DNA of 64,000 bases, from assembly GCF_018977255.1 (NCBI RefSeq), contig NW_024704743.1, positions 115,880,001 through 115,944,000 on the forward strand. Direction: 5' to 3'. The notes under the pieces were generated by a model. That model worked only from the letters and a program-made list of their open reading frames with translations, was not told the DNA's origin and searched no databases. A program made the position numbers and the translations under genes. The DNA is from Callorhinchus milii (Eukaryota). Positions 49,701 through 57,472 of this stretch are shown here, piece by piece (positions within the stretch are counted from its first letter, which is position 1; every line of letters starts with the position of its first letter).

Positions 49701-51182
49701 GCTTGTCAATTTCGTGATTGACAAGCCAAAGGAGATTCCAGTAAATGATGGTGGTGGGAGCAAAAATACACGAATTACCTTAAACAACACACAAAAACTT
49801 TCTCCCCCTTCATTAAAAGTTTTATGTCTGGAAAGAAATAATATTATTAGTATTATTATTATTATTATTATTATAAAGCCCACAGGAGAGATGGGTGGGT
49901 GCAAGGTGAGCTTGTGTGTGTGTGAGAGAGAGAGGGGGGAGCACACCCACAAAGCATGGCACTGGGACAGGGACTGGTTATAGCTCTGTGAGTGCGCATC
50001 TCTCTTGCTCTCTGGATGTCCCCTTCAAGAAACAAGTCCGAACTCCTCTCTCGCTCATTGGGAAACTTCTCTATTCTCAGCAAACTCTCCTCCAGAAAGT
50101 TTTTCACGCTGTCTGTTGCAGGGACTCGCTTTTCTCTCACTTTTTCTCCCAGTCCCACAATCTCTGGATGCCTGTCCCATGCAAACTCTTCCACACTGTG
50201 ACTTCTCTCTCTCTCTCTCAATCATTCACTCACTCACTCACAATTTCTTACCCTTTTTGTACATTTTTACTCAATTGTCTGACTTATTATTATCAATTGC
50301 AATCATTTTTTTCCCCTCACACCCAAGTCTGAGCTGAGCCTTCCTTCCCCCTCCTCTTAACACAAACTTTCTGTGCATTTCCCACAAATAAAAGCAATTT
50401 TCTCAGCCTTGCTCTTGATTCTCCAATTTCTTTCACTGCTTCCCCCCCACCCCCACCCCATTGCATAGTTTTATCCATGCTTTTCCCTCCTCCTAAGACT
50501 TTTTGAGTATTTCTCCAAGACACAAGTTTGCAATTGCCCTCCAACTTTCCCATCCACTTTTCTTCCAAGTTACACTTCTCAGTGGTGCATTTTCAGTGCA
50601 TTTTTTTTCACAGAGGGATTTGCCCCCAATTTAAACCTCCTGCACATAGTTAGAATTTCTCTCTTTCTCCCCCCACCCCCCCCCCCCCACCCTCCTCCCC
50701 ACAAGTTGCAGATCTCCTTTTCCTCTCATCAGCATGTGTTTCTGAGTGAGTGAGTGTGTGAGTGAGTGTGAGTGAGTGTGTGTGTGTGTGTGAGTGAGTG
50801 AGTGTGAGTGAGTGAATGAGTGTGTGTGTGAGTGAGTGTGTGTGTGAGTGAGTGTGTGAGTGAGTGAGACTGTGAGTGAGTGTGAGTGTGTGTGTGAGTG
50901 TGTGAGTGAGACTGTGAGTGAGTGTGAGTGTGTGAGTGTGTGAGTGAGTGTGTGTGAGTGAGTGAGTGTGTGTGTGTGAGTGAGTGTGTGTGTGAGTGTG
51001 AGTGAGAGTGTGAGTGAGTGTGTGTCTGTGTGAGTGTGAGTGAGTGAGTGAGTGTGTGTGTGAGTGAGTGTGTGAGTGAGTGTGTGTGAGTGAGTGTGTG
51101 TGAGGGAGTAATAAAACAACTCACCTCTTTGCTCTGATGCCTCCAACACACACAGCAGTAACAGCACCAGGTAGCACCTCAT
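1593..51182 (-). CDS. LAMA1: Laminin subunit alpha-1, 5' partial spliced CDS (coding exons 1-12, 1737 nt, 579 aa; continues left of the window)
   Basis: Twelve GT-AG exons with compatible phases translate to [32 protein letters not shown]...[13 protein letters not shown]. Alpha-1 rather than alpha-2 is indicated by [49 protein letters not shown] and a short signal peptide ending QRG, compared with recalled vertebrate LAMA1. Confidence 0.95.
1802..2071. repeat. Degenerate (CA)n / cacacacaaagata minisatellite filling intron 11
   Basis: Direct inspection. Confidence 0.95.
2072..2212 (-). CDS. LAMA1: LAMA1 exon 11 (141 nt)
   Basis: Acceptor ttacag|; encodes [47 protein letters not shown]; donor CAG|GTGTGT. 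Confidence 0.95.
2364..2527 (-). CDS. LAMA1: LAMA1 exon 10 (164 nt)
   Basis: Acceptor cttgcag|CC; encodes [55 protein letters not shown]; donor AAG|GTTAGT. Confidence 0.94.
3161..3266 (-). CDS. LAMA1: LAMA1 exon 9 (106 nt)
   Basis: Acceptor ttgcag|; encodes [35 protein letters not shown]; donor C|GTGAGT. Confidence 0.94.
4272..4450 (-). CDS. LAMA1: LAMA1 exon 8 (179 nt, LE repeat; not in the ORF track)
   Basis: Hand translation [60 protein letters not shown]; acceptor catcag|AG; donor GAG|GTAAAC. Confidence 0.95.
4685..5041 (-). mobile_element. SINE family A in intron 7
   Basis: Reverse-complement match to 54157-54510 along its length. Confidence 0.88.
5365..5482 (-). CDS. LAMA1: LAMA1 exon 7 (118 nt, LE repeat)
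   Basis: Acceptor caacag|; encodes [39 protein letters not shown]; donor A|GTGAGT. Confidence 0.95.
6477..6566 (-). CDS. LAMA1: LAMA1 exon 6 (90 nt; end of LN, start of LE1)
   Basis: Acceptor ccgcag|; encodes [30 protein letters not shown]; donor ATG|GTTCGT. Confidence 0.93.
7191..7370 (-). CDS. LAMA1: LAMA1 exon 5 (180 nt)
   Basis: Acceptor ttatag|; encodes [60 protein letters not shown]; donor AGG|GTAAGG. Confidence 0.96.
10088..10498 (-). mobile_element. SINE family A carrying a 55-bp L2-tail insertion
   Basis: Full head, body and tail; interrupted at 10140-10194 with a gtctc duplication. Confidence 0.88.
11100..11157. repeat. Tandem repeat, ~21-bp unit x3
   Basis: gaattctactgtaactt repeated, third copy degenerate. 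Confidence 0.8.
13100..13260 (+). mobile_element. CR1 3' fragment
   Basis: ggaatgtggaattcc..gttgctgagg..ttcaaaaaggaattagat motif. Confidence 0.6.
13890..14132 (-). CDS. LAMA1: LAMA1 exon 4 (243 nt, phase 0-0)
   Basis: Acceptor ttccccag|; encodes [28 protein letters not shown]...[15 protein letters not shown]; donor GAG|GTACAA. Confidence 0.96.
14230..16225 (-). mobile_element. L2-clade LINE, 5'-truncated and frameshifted (~2 kb) in intron 3
   Basis: ORF fragments carry RT motifs ([50 protein letters not shown]) and the L2-type C-terminal [14 protein letters not shown] / [14 protein letters not shown] segments; stem-loop tail gggacgtcctccc at the 3' end. Confidence 0.92.
14720..14845 (-). 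mobile_element. Short L2 3'-end insertion nested in the intron-3 L2
   Basis: L2-type tail with (TTG)n on the minus strand, flanked by a ccaacaa direct repeat at 14713-14719 and 14846-14852. Confidence 0.8.
18728..18790. repeat. Tandem repeat, ~22-bp unit x3
   Basis: tcatagtgacagaagaaacag(g) repeated. Confidence 0.9.
22182..22294 (-). CDS. LAMA1: LAMA1 exon 3 (113 nt)
   Basis: Acceptor ttatag|AA; encodes [38 protein letters not shown]; donor CAG|GTGAGC. Confidence 0.96.
22716..22886 (-). CDS. LAMA1: LAMA1 exon 2 (171 nt, LN domain start)
   Basis: Acceptor tgcag|GT; encodes [57 protein letters not shown]; donor G|GTAACC. Confidence 0.96.
23040..23670 (-). mobile_element. CR1 fragment split by a SINE insertion
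   Basis: ...cctgttccaagcgttaat (to ~23186) resumes as caccctctgcataaagaaaaacttc (from ~23548), forming a continuous CR1-like antisense sequence. Confidence 0.7.
23190..23546 (-). mobile_element. SINE family A nested in CR1
   Basis: Same head, body and tail as the other copies. Confidence 0.88.
24085..24475 (-). mobile_element. Deu-domain SINE, near full length
   Basis: Reverse complement colinear with 48168-48610. Confidence 0.82.
27555..28160 (-). mobile_element. L2 LINE 3' fragment
   Basis: Translates to [30 protein letters not shown] and [19 protein letters not shown]; colinear with 14230-14950. Confidence 0.88.
28190..28492 (-). mobile_element. Second, older L2 3' fragment in tandem
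   Basis: [10 protein letters not shown] and [11 protein letters not shown] motifs in the ORF track. Confidence 0.75.
28876..29308 (-). mobile_element. Deu-domain SINE, near full length
   Basis: Reverse complement colinear with 48168-48610. Confidence 0.8.
29535..30075 (+). mobile_element. CR1-clade LINE 3' ORF2 fragment
   Basis: Degenerate [33 protein letters not shown] and FFTxRVVRMxNxL segments typical of CR1. Confidence 0.8.
32040..32255 (-). mobile_element. SINE family A, 5' half
   Basis: gaactcaggtctctcgcttgcgagtcgagtgctctaaccactaagcta. Confidence 0.8.
36445..37070. mobile_element. Palindromic MITE-like element split by an L2 fragment
   Basis: Left arm gttccacctgggtttagat..cagaacttgacaaatt; right arm aatttgccaaattctg..atctagacccaggtggac. 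Confidence 0.68.
36543..36920 (+). mobile_element. L2 3' fragment inserted inside a palindromic MITE-like element
   Basis: ttcaagatccacgtcctcacgttcaaa and ccatacctctgcgatctcctgcaaccctac match the reverse complement of the other L2 copies; ends in an L2-type tail. Confidence 0.75.
37948..38367 (-). mobile_element. Deu-domain SINE, near full length
   Basis: Reverse complement colinear with 48168-48610. Further partial copies lie near 16815, 18345, 20255, 40615, 43415, 46790, 57740, 58430, 59345, 60620 and 62755. Confidence 0.82.
40185..40365 (+). mobile_element. Degenerate CR1 RT fragment
   Basis: Resembles FADD.K.GG...EEDC..L..LDR...WADKW in decayed form. Confidence 0.55.
43897..44208 (+). 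mobile_element. tRNA(Ala)-like headed SINE, family A, short subfamily
   Basis: Head with ctcgc-tttgcaa-gcgag anticodon arm; lacks the central ~70 nt; tail ends (ATT)n. Confidence 0.9.
48168..48610 (+). mobile_element. Deu-domain SINE (SacSINE1-like, family B), full length
   Basis: tRNA-like head (gttggtagcac...ggttcaagcccc); central gatgagactttaaaccga..ctgcctgttcag.tggacgttaaagatcctatggc..cctggccaa resembles the recalled Deu domain; tail shared with family A. Confidence 0.82.
50741..51102. repeat. Compound (GT)n/(GTGA)n microsatellite at the start of intron 1
   Basis: ~360 bp of gtga/gtgt units. Confidence 0.97.
51125..51182 (-). CDS. LAMA1: LAMA1 coding exon 1 (signal peptide, 58 nt)
   Basis: ATG in AGAATGA context; encodes [19 protein letters not shown]+G with a hydrophobic core; donor AG|GTGAGT; phase 1 joins exon 2 to give QRGLFP. 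Confidence 0.92.
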
Positions 51183-51269
51183 TCTCAAACCCTTCCACAC
51201 TGGCTCTTGCTGTTTGTTGGTGGAGGAATAAACTGCAGAAGTGTCAAAGAGAGCCAAGAGCTTATCCTC

Positions 51270-51302
<33 letters not shown>

Positions 51303-51790
51303 CTTTCTTCTCTCTCTCTCCCTCTCTCTCTCTCTCTCTCCCCCTCTCAAGCCTCAGGACCTTTGTGCAGGGACTGGACTGCGACCCGCATCAGTGCAGC
51401 ATCTTCAGCCACCGCCACTCGCGCCAAAGGGGAGGACCACTGCCTCCCCTCCTTTTTTTCCTTCGCCTTTCCACGCCTCAAGCGTATCCCCTCCTCTCCC
51501 CCCTGTCCACGAGCTGCTAAAGTAACTTTTCCACCTCTTGGTTAAAAAAAGTTCTCTTTTGTCCGGCACAAGCTCTGCCCACTCAGTTCTCTCCCTCCCC
51601 CTCCCTGCACTTGGTATGGTCCGGCTGTACTGTGGCTCCAGGAGACCCACAGGGAAAAGGGGCTTTAAAAAGCTCAGACAATAGTGAGCAGAGGGTATGG
51701 CTTAACATTCCTCTGTTGCCCCCCCCACCCCCCCCCCCCCCACCCATCTCTCACCACCCCCCACCGCTCTGTTTTCATGCCCGTACAAAC
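51183..51790 (-). promoter_or_regulatory. Probable LAMA1 5'UTR and proximal promoter (TSS not determinable)
   Basis: Immediately upstream of the ATG; free of SINE/LINE sequence; relatively CpG-retaining; contains a (GA)n tract and G-rich tracts on the minus strand. Confidence 0.55.
51266..51348. repeat. (CT)n microsatellite upstream of the ATG
   Basis: Direct inspection. Confidence 0.95.
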
Positions 51791-52206
51791 GACCTGGCTT
51801 TTAAGACGCAGAAATGCTCGAAGCAAACTATTTCGGCCGCAAAGCACGCGGTCATTTCACCCGGCGGGACATCCCGCCAAGCGCTTCGAGGCGTCTCAAC
51901 GATGCGATAAGGTGCTATATCGAACACAAGGATTATTATTATTATCATCGTTATTATTATTAGTCGCTGCGGCGAATTCTACACAAACAAGGAGACACTT
52001 TGAAAGCACGATAGTGAGCGTTCAGCGACACTGTAGATCCAGTGTTACTCACGTCTTACCATTAGACTTCTTTTGTACGCCTGACTGTGTCTTTATTCAG
52101 TGTACTTTGTATGCAAAGTTGGCGGTCCAATTTGTGCACAGCAACATCATGCAAACAGCCATGAAGTGAACGATCAATTTTATTCAGCCAGTTGTTGTCC
52201 AGGGCA

Positions 52207-52764
52207 CAGGACACAGGCAACCTCACATAAGTCATCCCATTACAAATCGTATACTGGCCTCAGCCATACATGCACCTGAGTCTCATTAATTTCTTTTTAA
52301 CAATAAAGCACTTAGATTTCTTTACACTAGTAGTATTTTACAAGGCAGATAAATGGCTAAATCGTAACACTTCTGCATTCCAAATAATCCTAAATTCTGA
52401 TGCAAATCATCTCTTAACTCGTATTGCTATGTGCTCACTTACCCGCTGCATTGATGAAGTACCATATACTCAGTGCTGCATTCGAAACAAGCGTGGGAAA
52501 TCCCGGTTGCATTGATAAAGCACAATTACCAGCTGCATTGAAGAAGCATTGCACGTGCACTTATGCTGCATTTGAAACAAATGTGGAAAACAAGGTCTAG
52601 ACCTGTCATCATGTCACAAAAGATGAACTTAGATTTGCATAAGTCGTATTAAGTCGGCCGATACAATTTATGCGATTTTGCCTATAACTTGTACTTCATG
52701 TAAATCGTATTAAATGTTATGGTCACGACTGAGATGACTTATTCAAGTTTACTTGTAGTCCCTG
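52207..52764. mobile_element. Non-autonomous TIR element (hAT-like), ~560 bp
   Basis: Imperfect ~34-bp terminal inverted repeats starting CAGG(G); repeated subterminal aa(a/g)tcgtat and internal gctgcatt motifs; interrupts a Deu-SINE. Confidence 0.6.
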
Positions 52765-53014
52765 CAAGGTCTTTAACATCCAAATGAACGGGCTGACAGT
52801 GGTATTGTACACAGAAACAATGTATGATACAGTAAGATCATACATAAGAACAATGTGTGAAATAGCAATATTGTAATACTATCATACATAATCCTACAAA
52901 GTTGTGGCGAGATATCAGATCCTGGAGGAAATGCAAAATCACTCTGCTCTTTTATTGAATTATTTTCTGATAAAGAAATATAATCTCTGTATGCTTTGTA
53001 CAATAAAAATTGTC

Positions 53015-53705
53015 AACCACTCCATCCTCCTCCATCATTCACCTTCATGGAACTGCACTTACCAAAACCAGTCTGGAACTGTCACAGCTACATCACTCGC
53101 TTCAGCTCCTATCTCGTGCCAAATGCCACCAAAACCCTTACCCACAACTTCAATACCTTGCACTGGACTTTTCAAATACACACCTTGCCAGTCTCCCTAG
53201 CTCCACAATCCATAAACTTCAACTTATCCAAACTCCATTGCTCACATCTTTATCAGCACCAAACTCCACTGGTCCAACTAGGCTCCACTGCCTCCCTCTC
53301 TAACAGCAAATCGATTTTAAGGTCATCACTCGCACATAAAGATCCCTTCATAACCTTGCACCTTTCTATGTTTCTGACCTCCTCCTATACCCCAGTCTTC
53401 TGCTTGGCCCCTCTGCTCAGTTAACTCAGGTTTGCTCTGTGTTCCCTGCCCTACTCATGCCATCAACCGTGGATGACCTTTCCATATCTTCCTCCTCGTC
53501 TCTGGAACTCCTCCCTTCCACCCCCCATCTCGTACCCCCACCCCTACAACCCCCTCATCTGTTTTCAAGTCCCACCTTACGACCTACCTCTTCGATTGTG
53601 CCTATGGTCACCAGTCCCACTCCCTGCGCGGCAACCATCTCCATCATTGTAAAGTGCTCCGAAATGGTATTCTACGTGAAGGATGCTATAAAAGTGTAAG
53701 TTATT
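53015..53705 (+). mobile_element. Degenerate L2 3' fragment
   Basis: HKLQLIQ-like coding remnant, pyrimidine-rich 3' region and tail gtaaagtgctccgaaatgg...gtgaaggatgctataaaagtgtaagtt. Confidence 0.75.
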
Positions 53706-53717
53706 TATGGTGTTGTA

Positions 53718-54012
53718 AGCTTCCTGATGGCGTAGTTAGCAAAATCACAGCGGAGTGTGAAAGAGAACTATATACAGAATCTATATACATCATATCTAGA
53801 AAGTCCTAGATTTGTTCCCATTTGTACTGAGTTAGATGATCTAAGCCAGGACAGCAGTGAAGGACTTCAATTGGCCTCAATGCACTTGGCTTGGGAGGGG
53901 TAAAAACCATCAGTGATCTTACTCTTGATCGCCATCCGGTGATCACCCCTAGATAGTGTGCGTGTATGTGGTTATCACAGGCTTGGGACAGGATGGGGCT
54001 TATACTCCCATC
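53718..54012 (+). mobile_element. AmnSINE2-like ancient SINE
   Basis: ctgagttagatgatctaagcc..caattggcctcaatgc..gggagggg.aaaa..ctcttgatcgccatcc..ggacaggatggggct resembles the recalled AmnSINE2 consensus; related copies at 60300 and 62435. Confidence 0.6.
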
Positions 54013-54156
54013 ACTTACTAATGTCGTATGAACCAGCACTGTCAGGAGAGGAGAAGAGAAATTGAAGAGGGGGACGGAGTCAAAATGAAATAAATTGATC
54101 ATTCACTGCAAGGCAGCTTGTAGGACATTGCTTTGTGCAAATTATAATAATAAGTT

Positions 54157-54510
54157 GTGGAATCCTGTAGCTCAGTGGTTAGAGCACTCGCCTCTCAAGC
54201 GAGAGACCTGGGTTTGATGCCCGACAGGGTGAAACGTTAGGCAAGTTTACTTATTCCACACACCTCTGTTTACCTAGCAGTAAGTAGGAACCTGGCTGTT
54301 AGTCGATTGTTTTCCGGGGGTAATAATTCTTTCAAAAAAAATAAAATAATAAAGTGATCACTGTTTGTGGGACACTGCTGTGCGCAATTTGTGCCGTGTT
54401 TCGCCCACAAAATATACAGTCAATTCACTTTACGGTATATTCTGTGAAGAGCCTTGAGACGTCTCGAAGATGTGATAAGGCACTATACCAATAGCAAGTA
54501 TTATTATAAT
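54157..54510 (+). mobile_element. tRNA-headed SINE, family A, full length
   Basis: A box (tagctcagtggtt) and B-box-like (gggtttgatgccc) head, central ggcaagttt..cctctgtttacctagcagtaagtaggaacc body, L2-like tail ending (ATT)n. Confidence 0.9.
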
Positions 54511-54559
54511 AATCATAATAATCCTTGCTTTGAATTATAGAATACAATCTACAATTATA

Positions 54560-54900
54560 TGGCATCTTTCAAAAATGTCCCAAAGATGTCCCAAATCACT
54601 TGACAGTTTTGGCTGAGGTGTGGGTGGGAGTGGGGAACAGTAGGAGGGGAAAGATGACCGAAAGCACATTCAAGGAGATACGTTTTGAGACGCACCTTGA
54701 AAGAAGAGAAGGAGGGAGCAAGTCAGAGGGAGCTGGAAATGGAGTTCCAGAGCGCGGGTGCCAGTTGGCTGAAAGCCCAACTGCTGATGGTAGGTCAGAT
54801 AGAGCAGGGACATGGAGTAGGTCGGTGTTAGCCAAGTAAATGGAATGGCCTAGGTTGGTATGGTATGGTTGAAGCAGGTTACAGAAGTAGGGTAGGGCGT
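54560..54900 (-). mobile_element. Degenerate L2 3' fragment
   Basis: ALPYFCNLLQPY remnant and ggagttccagag motif shared with 14400 and 27750. Confidence 0.7.
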
Positions 54901-56269
54901 CAGTGACCAGGGGGTGAATTGGCTGCTGTGGCCACCTAATAATAGTCACTTCTGTTTAAAGCAATTGCCTGTGAAGCACTTTAAGCCGTTTCAATGTTAC
55001 GGTTGCTCCATCAAATGGAAGAATTAATAAATATCCAAATATCCCTGCCTTTGTACAGTTACTAATCCTAAAGTGTTCATTTGATTCTTAAAAATAATTT
55101 AGATAGTTTGTTTCCGTCTGAAGTCAAGTAAAGCCATTGAGTTGTATGAGCTCCAGGCAGAGAGAGACCAGCAAAGTCCTGATTCCTGACTGACATATTA
55201 TAAATTCCACATGTTGCAATGTTTTCTAACTGGTTCGAATTAGTCCTGACCTTTGCATCATTGCAAATATTTTTCTAGATTGCTTTCCTGCAACAACTAC
55301 ATTCTTACTACTCCTTGAAAATGTATTCTACTGATGTATGCAACAAATAGAAACAAATATTACACCACCTAAACCCTTAAAGGAGGTGCCATGTAATCTG
55401 ACTACATCTCTGACTATATCTCTACATGTAATCTGACTACATCTCTACATTTACCACAAATACACACTCACTACAATTCTCAATAAATTCATTGGAAGCA
55501 CTTTGAGATAAGTGATAAGGCGCTGTATCAAAAATAAGGATTATTGCATAATTTCCACAGAATTTGAAGTCTTTGAAGTAGACCTTATATTGTTCAAGTT
55601 GATTGTTTTTATGTATGTTTCATTTTCAAAGTACTGAATTAGTATCTCCTATTGAAAAAATTATCTCTACTCTCTCTCTCTCTCTCTCTCTCAGGTTGTA
55701 TGCATTTTACACAGGCATGATTTGATGTGAATTTTAGGAGGTGTTTTGATGTGTCAGCTAACTCTTGTCAGGCAAATGGTTGGTCCTCCAGCTCAGGGAT
55801 GACCAAACTTTATATTCAATCAAGAAAAATAAATACATTTTCTTGATTGAATATTTTTTGATTCATGCCGCAGATCAAGGTCAACCTTTTGAGACGTCTC
55901 AAAGATGTGGAAAGGAGCTACAGCAAATGCAAGGATTATTATTATATTATCTACTCAATCAAGAAAAAATTGAAAACACACTACCGATTGAACACAGATT
56001 TACCTAGACTTGTGCGGATGCTCGGGGGCCACTTCTTGGTGAGGGTTCCACACGTGTATAGGATTTTTTTTGTTTCTCTGGCATAAAGAAATCTCTGGGG
56101 TATATCTCTCAACTATCTCCTGCAACCATCCATTACTTTGTGTAAAGTGCACTATGTAAGGGAATGCCTCAAATTATTTCCCAAACAATTACTGTCACAT
56201 GCCAGCTGTATTTTTGGAGAGGTAAATGTGGCAGCCATAGCTTTACACAGTAGGGTGCTGCAAACCACC

Positions 56270-56528
56270 ATTATAATAATAATACTAATCCTTGCATTTG
56301 ATATAGGGCCTTATCGCTTCTTCGATTAGTAATATTATTTTTTTAAGGAATTATTATCCCTGGAAAAGCAATCAGCCAATCGACTAACAACCAGGTTCCT
56401 ACTTACTGCTAGCTAAACAGAGGTTTGTGGAGTAAGGAAACTTACCCAACGTTTTGCCCAGCCTGGGAATCAAACCCAGGTCCTCTCTCTTGCGAGGCGA
56501 GTGCTTTAACCATTACTCTATAGGACTC
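56270..56528 (-). mobile_element. SINE family A, internally deleted, in tandem with 56535-56864
   Basis: Head, body and (TAA)n tail present; part of the 3' half is missing. Confidence 0.85.
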
Positions 56529-56534
56529 AAACCA

Positions 56535-56864
56535 TAATAATAATAATAATAATAATCCTTGCATTTGATATAGCGCTTTTCACGTCGGGAGGACGTCCCA
56601 AAGCGCTTCACAGAACACACTGTAAAGTGAAGTGACTGTATATTTGTGGGTGAACGCGGCAGCCAATTGCGCACAGCAATGTCCCACAAACAGTCGTATA
56701 GAAAATGACCAATTTATTATTGTTTTTGGTTTTGGAGGATTATTATTAGGCTCCGTGTGGAGTAAGGAAACTTGCCCGAGGTTTGGCCCTGACCCCCCGG
56801 GGATTGAACTCAGGTCTCTCACTTGCAAAGCGAGTGCTCTAACCACTGAGCTACAGGACTCCAC
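56535..56864 (-). mobile_element. SINE family A, short subfamily
   Basis: Reverse complement is colinear with 43897-44208. Confidence 0.9.
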
Positions 56865-56865
56865 G

Positions 56866-56955
56866 ATATTTACCTGTTACTCTCTCTCTCTCTCCTGTGT
56901 GGACACTGTGTATATTAGTGTATATATTTACCTGTTACTCTCTCTCTCTCTCCTG
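56866..56955. repeat. ~60-bp-period tandem duplication
   Basis: atatttacctgttactctctctctctc(tc)ctg occurs twice. Confidence 0.85.
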
Positions 56956-57269
56956 AGGTGAAAGATCAATTGATCCGGGGAGGATTGTTGGCCAGGTTAC
57001 TGAGGGCAACTCCCTTCACCTTTTCATTAGTGTCATGGTATCTTTAATAAGAACATAAGAACACAAGAATTTGCTAGGCAAAAGAAGACCAAGGTTGATC
57101 TAGTTCACCTTCCACCATCCTGGCAATCGCTTGACATGTTGTGTCCCACACGATATACTGTATCCTGAGATATTATTTTCTAATTTCCATCCAACAACAG
57201 GGAGATGGAACCTGGTTTAAATGACTTATCCAATTGGCAGAAGTACTGTTTTGCCTCTTTGGCAACTGA

Positions 57270-57472
57270 TGTGGAGAAAGTTCCACCTGGGTCTAGTTTG
57301 ATTTAGAGTTTCAGAATGTCTGAATTTGGCAAATTCTTAAGTGCAGCCTTAATTTTGAAGCCGTTTTTCTTTTTTTTCTTTTAAGAAATTACAAAAAAAA
57401 ACTTCAAAGTTAAGACTGAATTCAACTATTTGCCAAAAGTAAATCTAGCCCTAGGTGGGATTTGTCCCCACA
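57270..57472. mobile_element. Palindromic MITE-like element
   Basis: Left tgtggagaaagttccacctgggtctag versus right ctagccctaggtgggatttgtccccaca; the internal arms are also complementary; further copies occur in the window. Confidence 0.7.

Noticed and set aside
22887..51124. Consensus GLI site (GACCACCCA) in intron 1
   Set aside because: No exact match noticed by eye, only partial ones such as gaccacact near 31705; a PWM scan is needed.
1593..51182. LAMA2 assignment
   Set aside because: Diagnostic residues (EMFCK, GTNNWW, SIQNG, LEHGE) and the short signal peptide fit alpha-1 better; a gene tree would confirm.
50631..51350. 239-aa ORF with ER and TH/SH repeats
   Set aside because: It starts at TTG and is microsatellite translation; only 51125-51182 is the real exon.
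54141..54513. 11-bp TSD attataataat around the full-length SINE
   Set aside because: Low complexity, overlaps the (ATT)n tail and is offset from the 5' end; not reliable.
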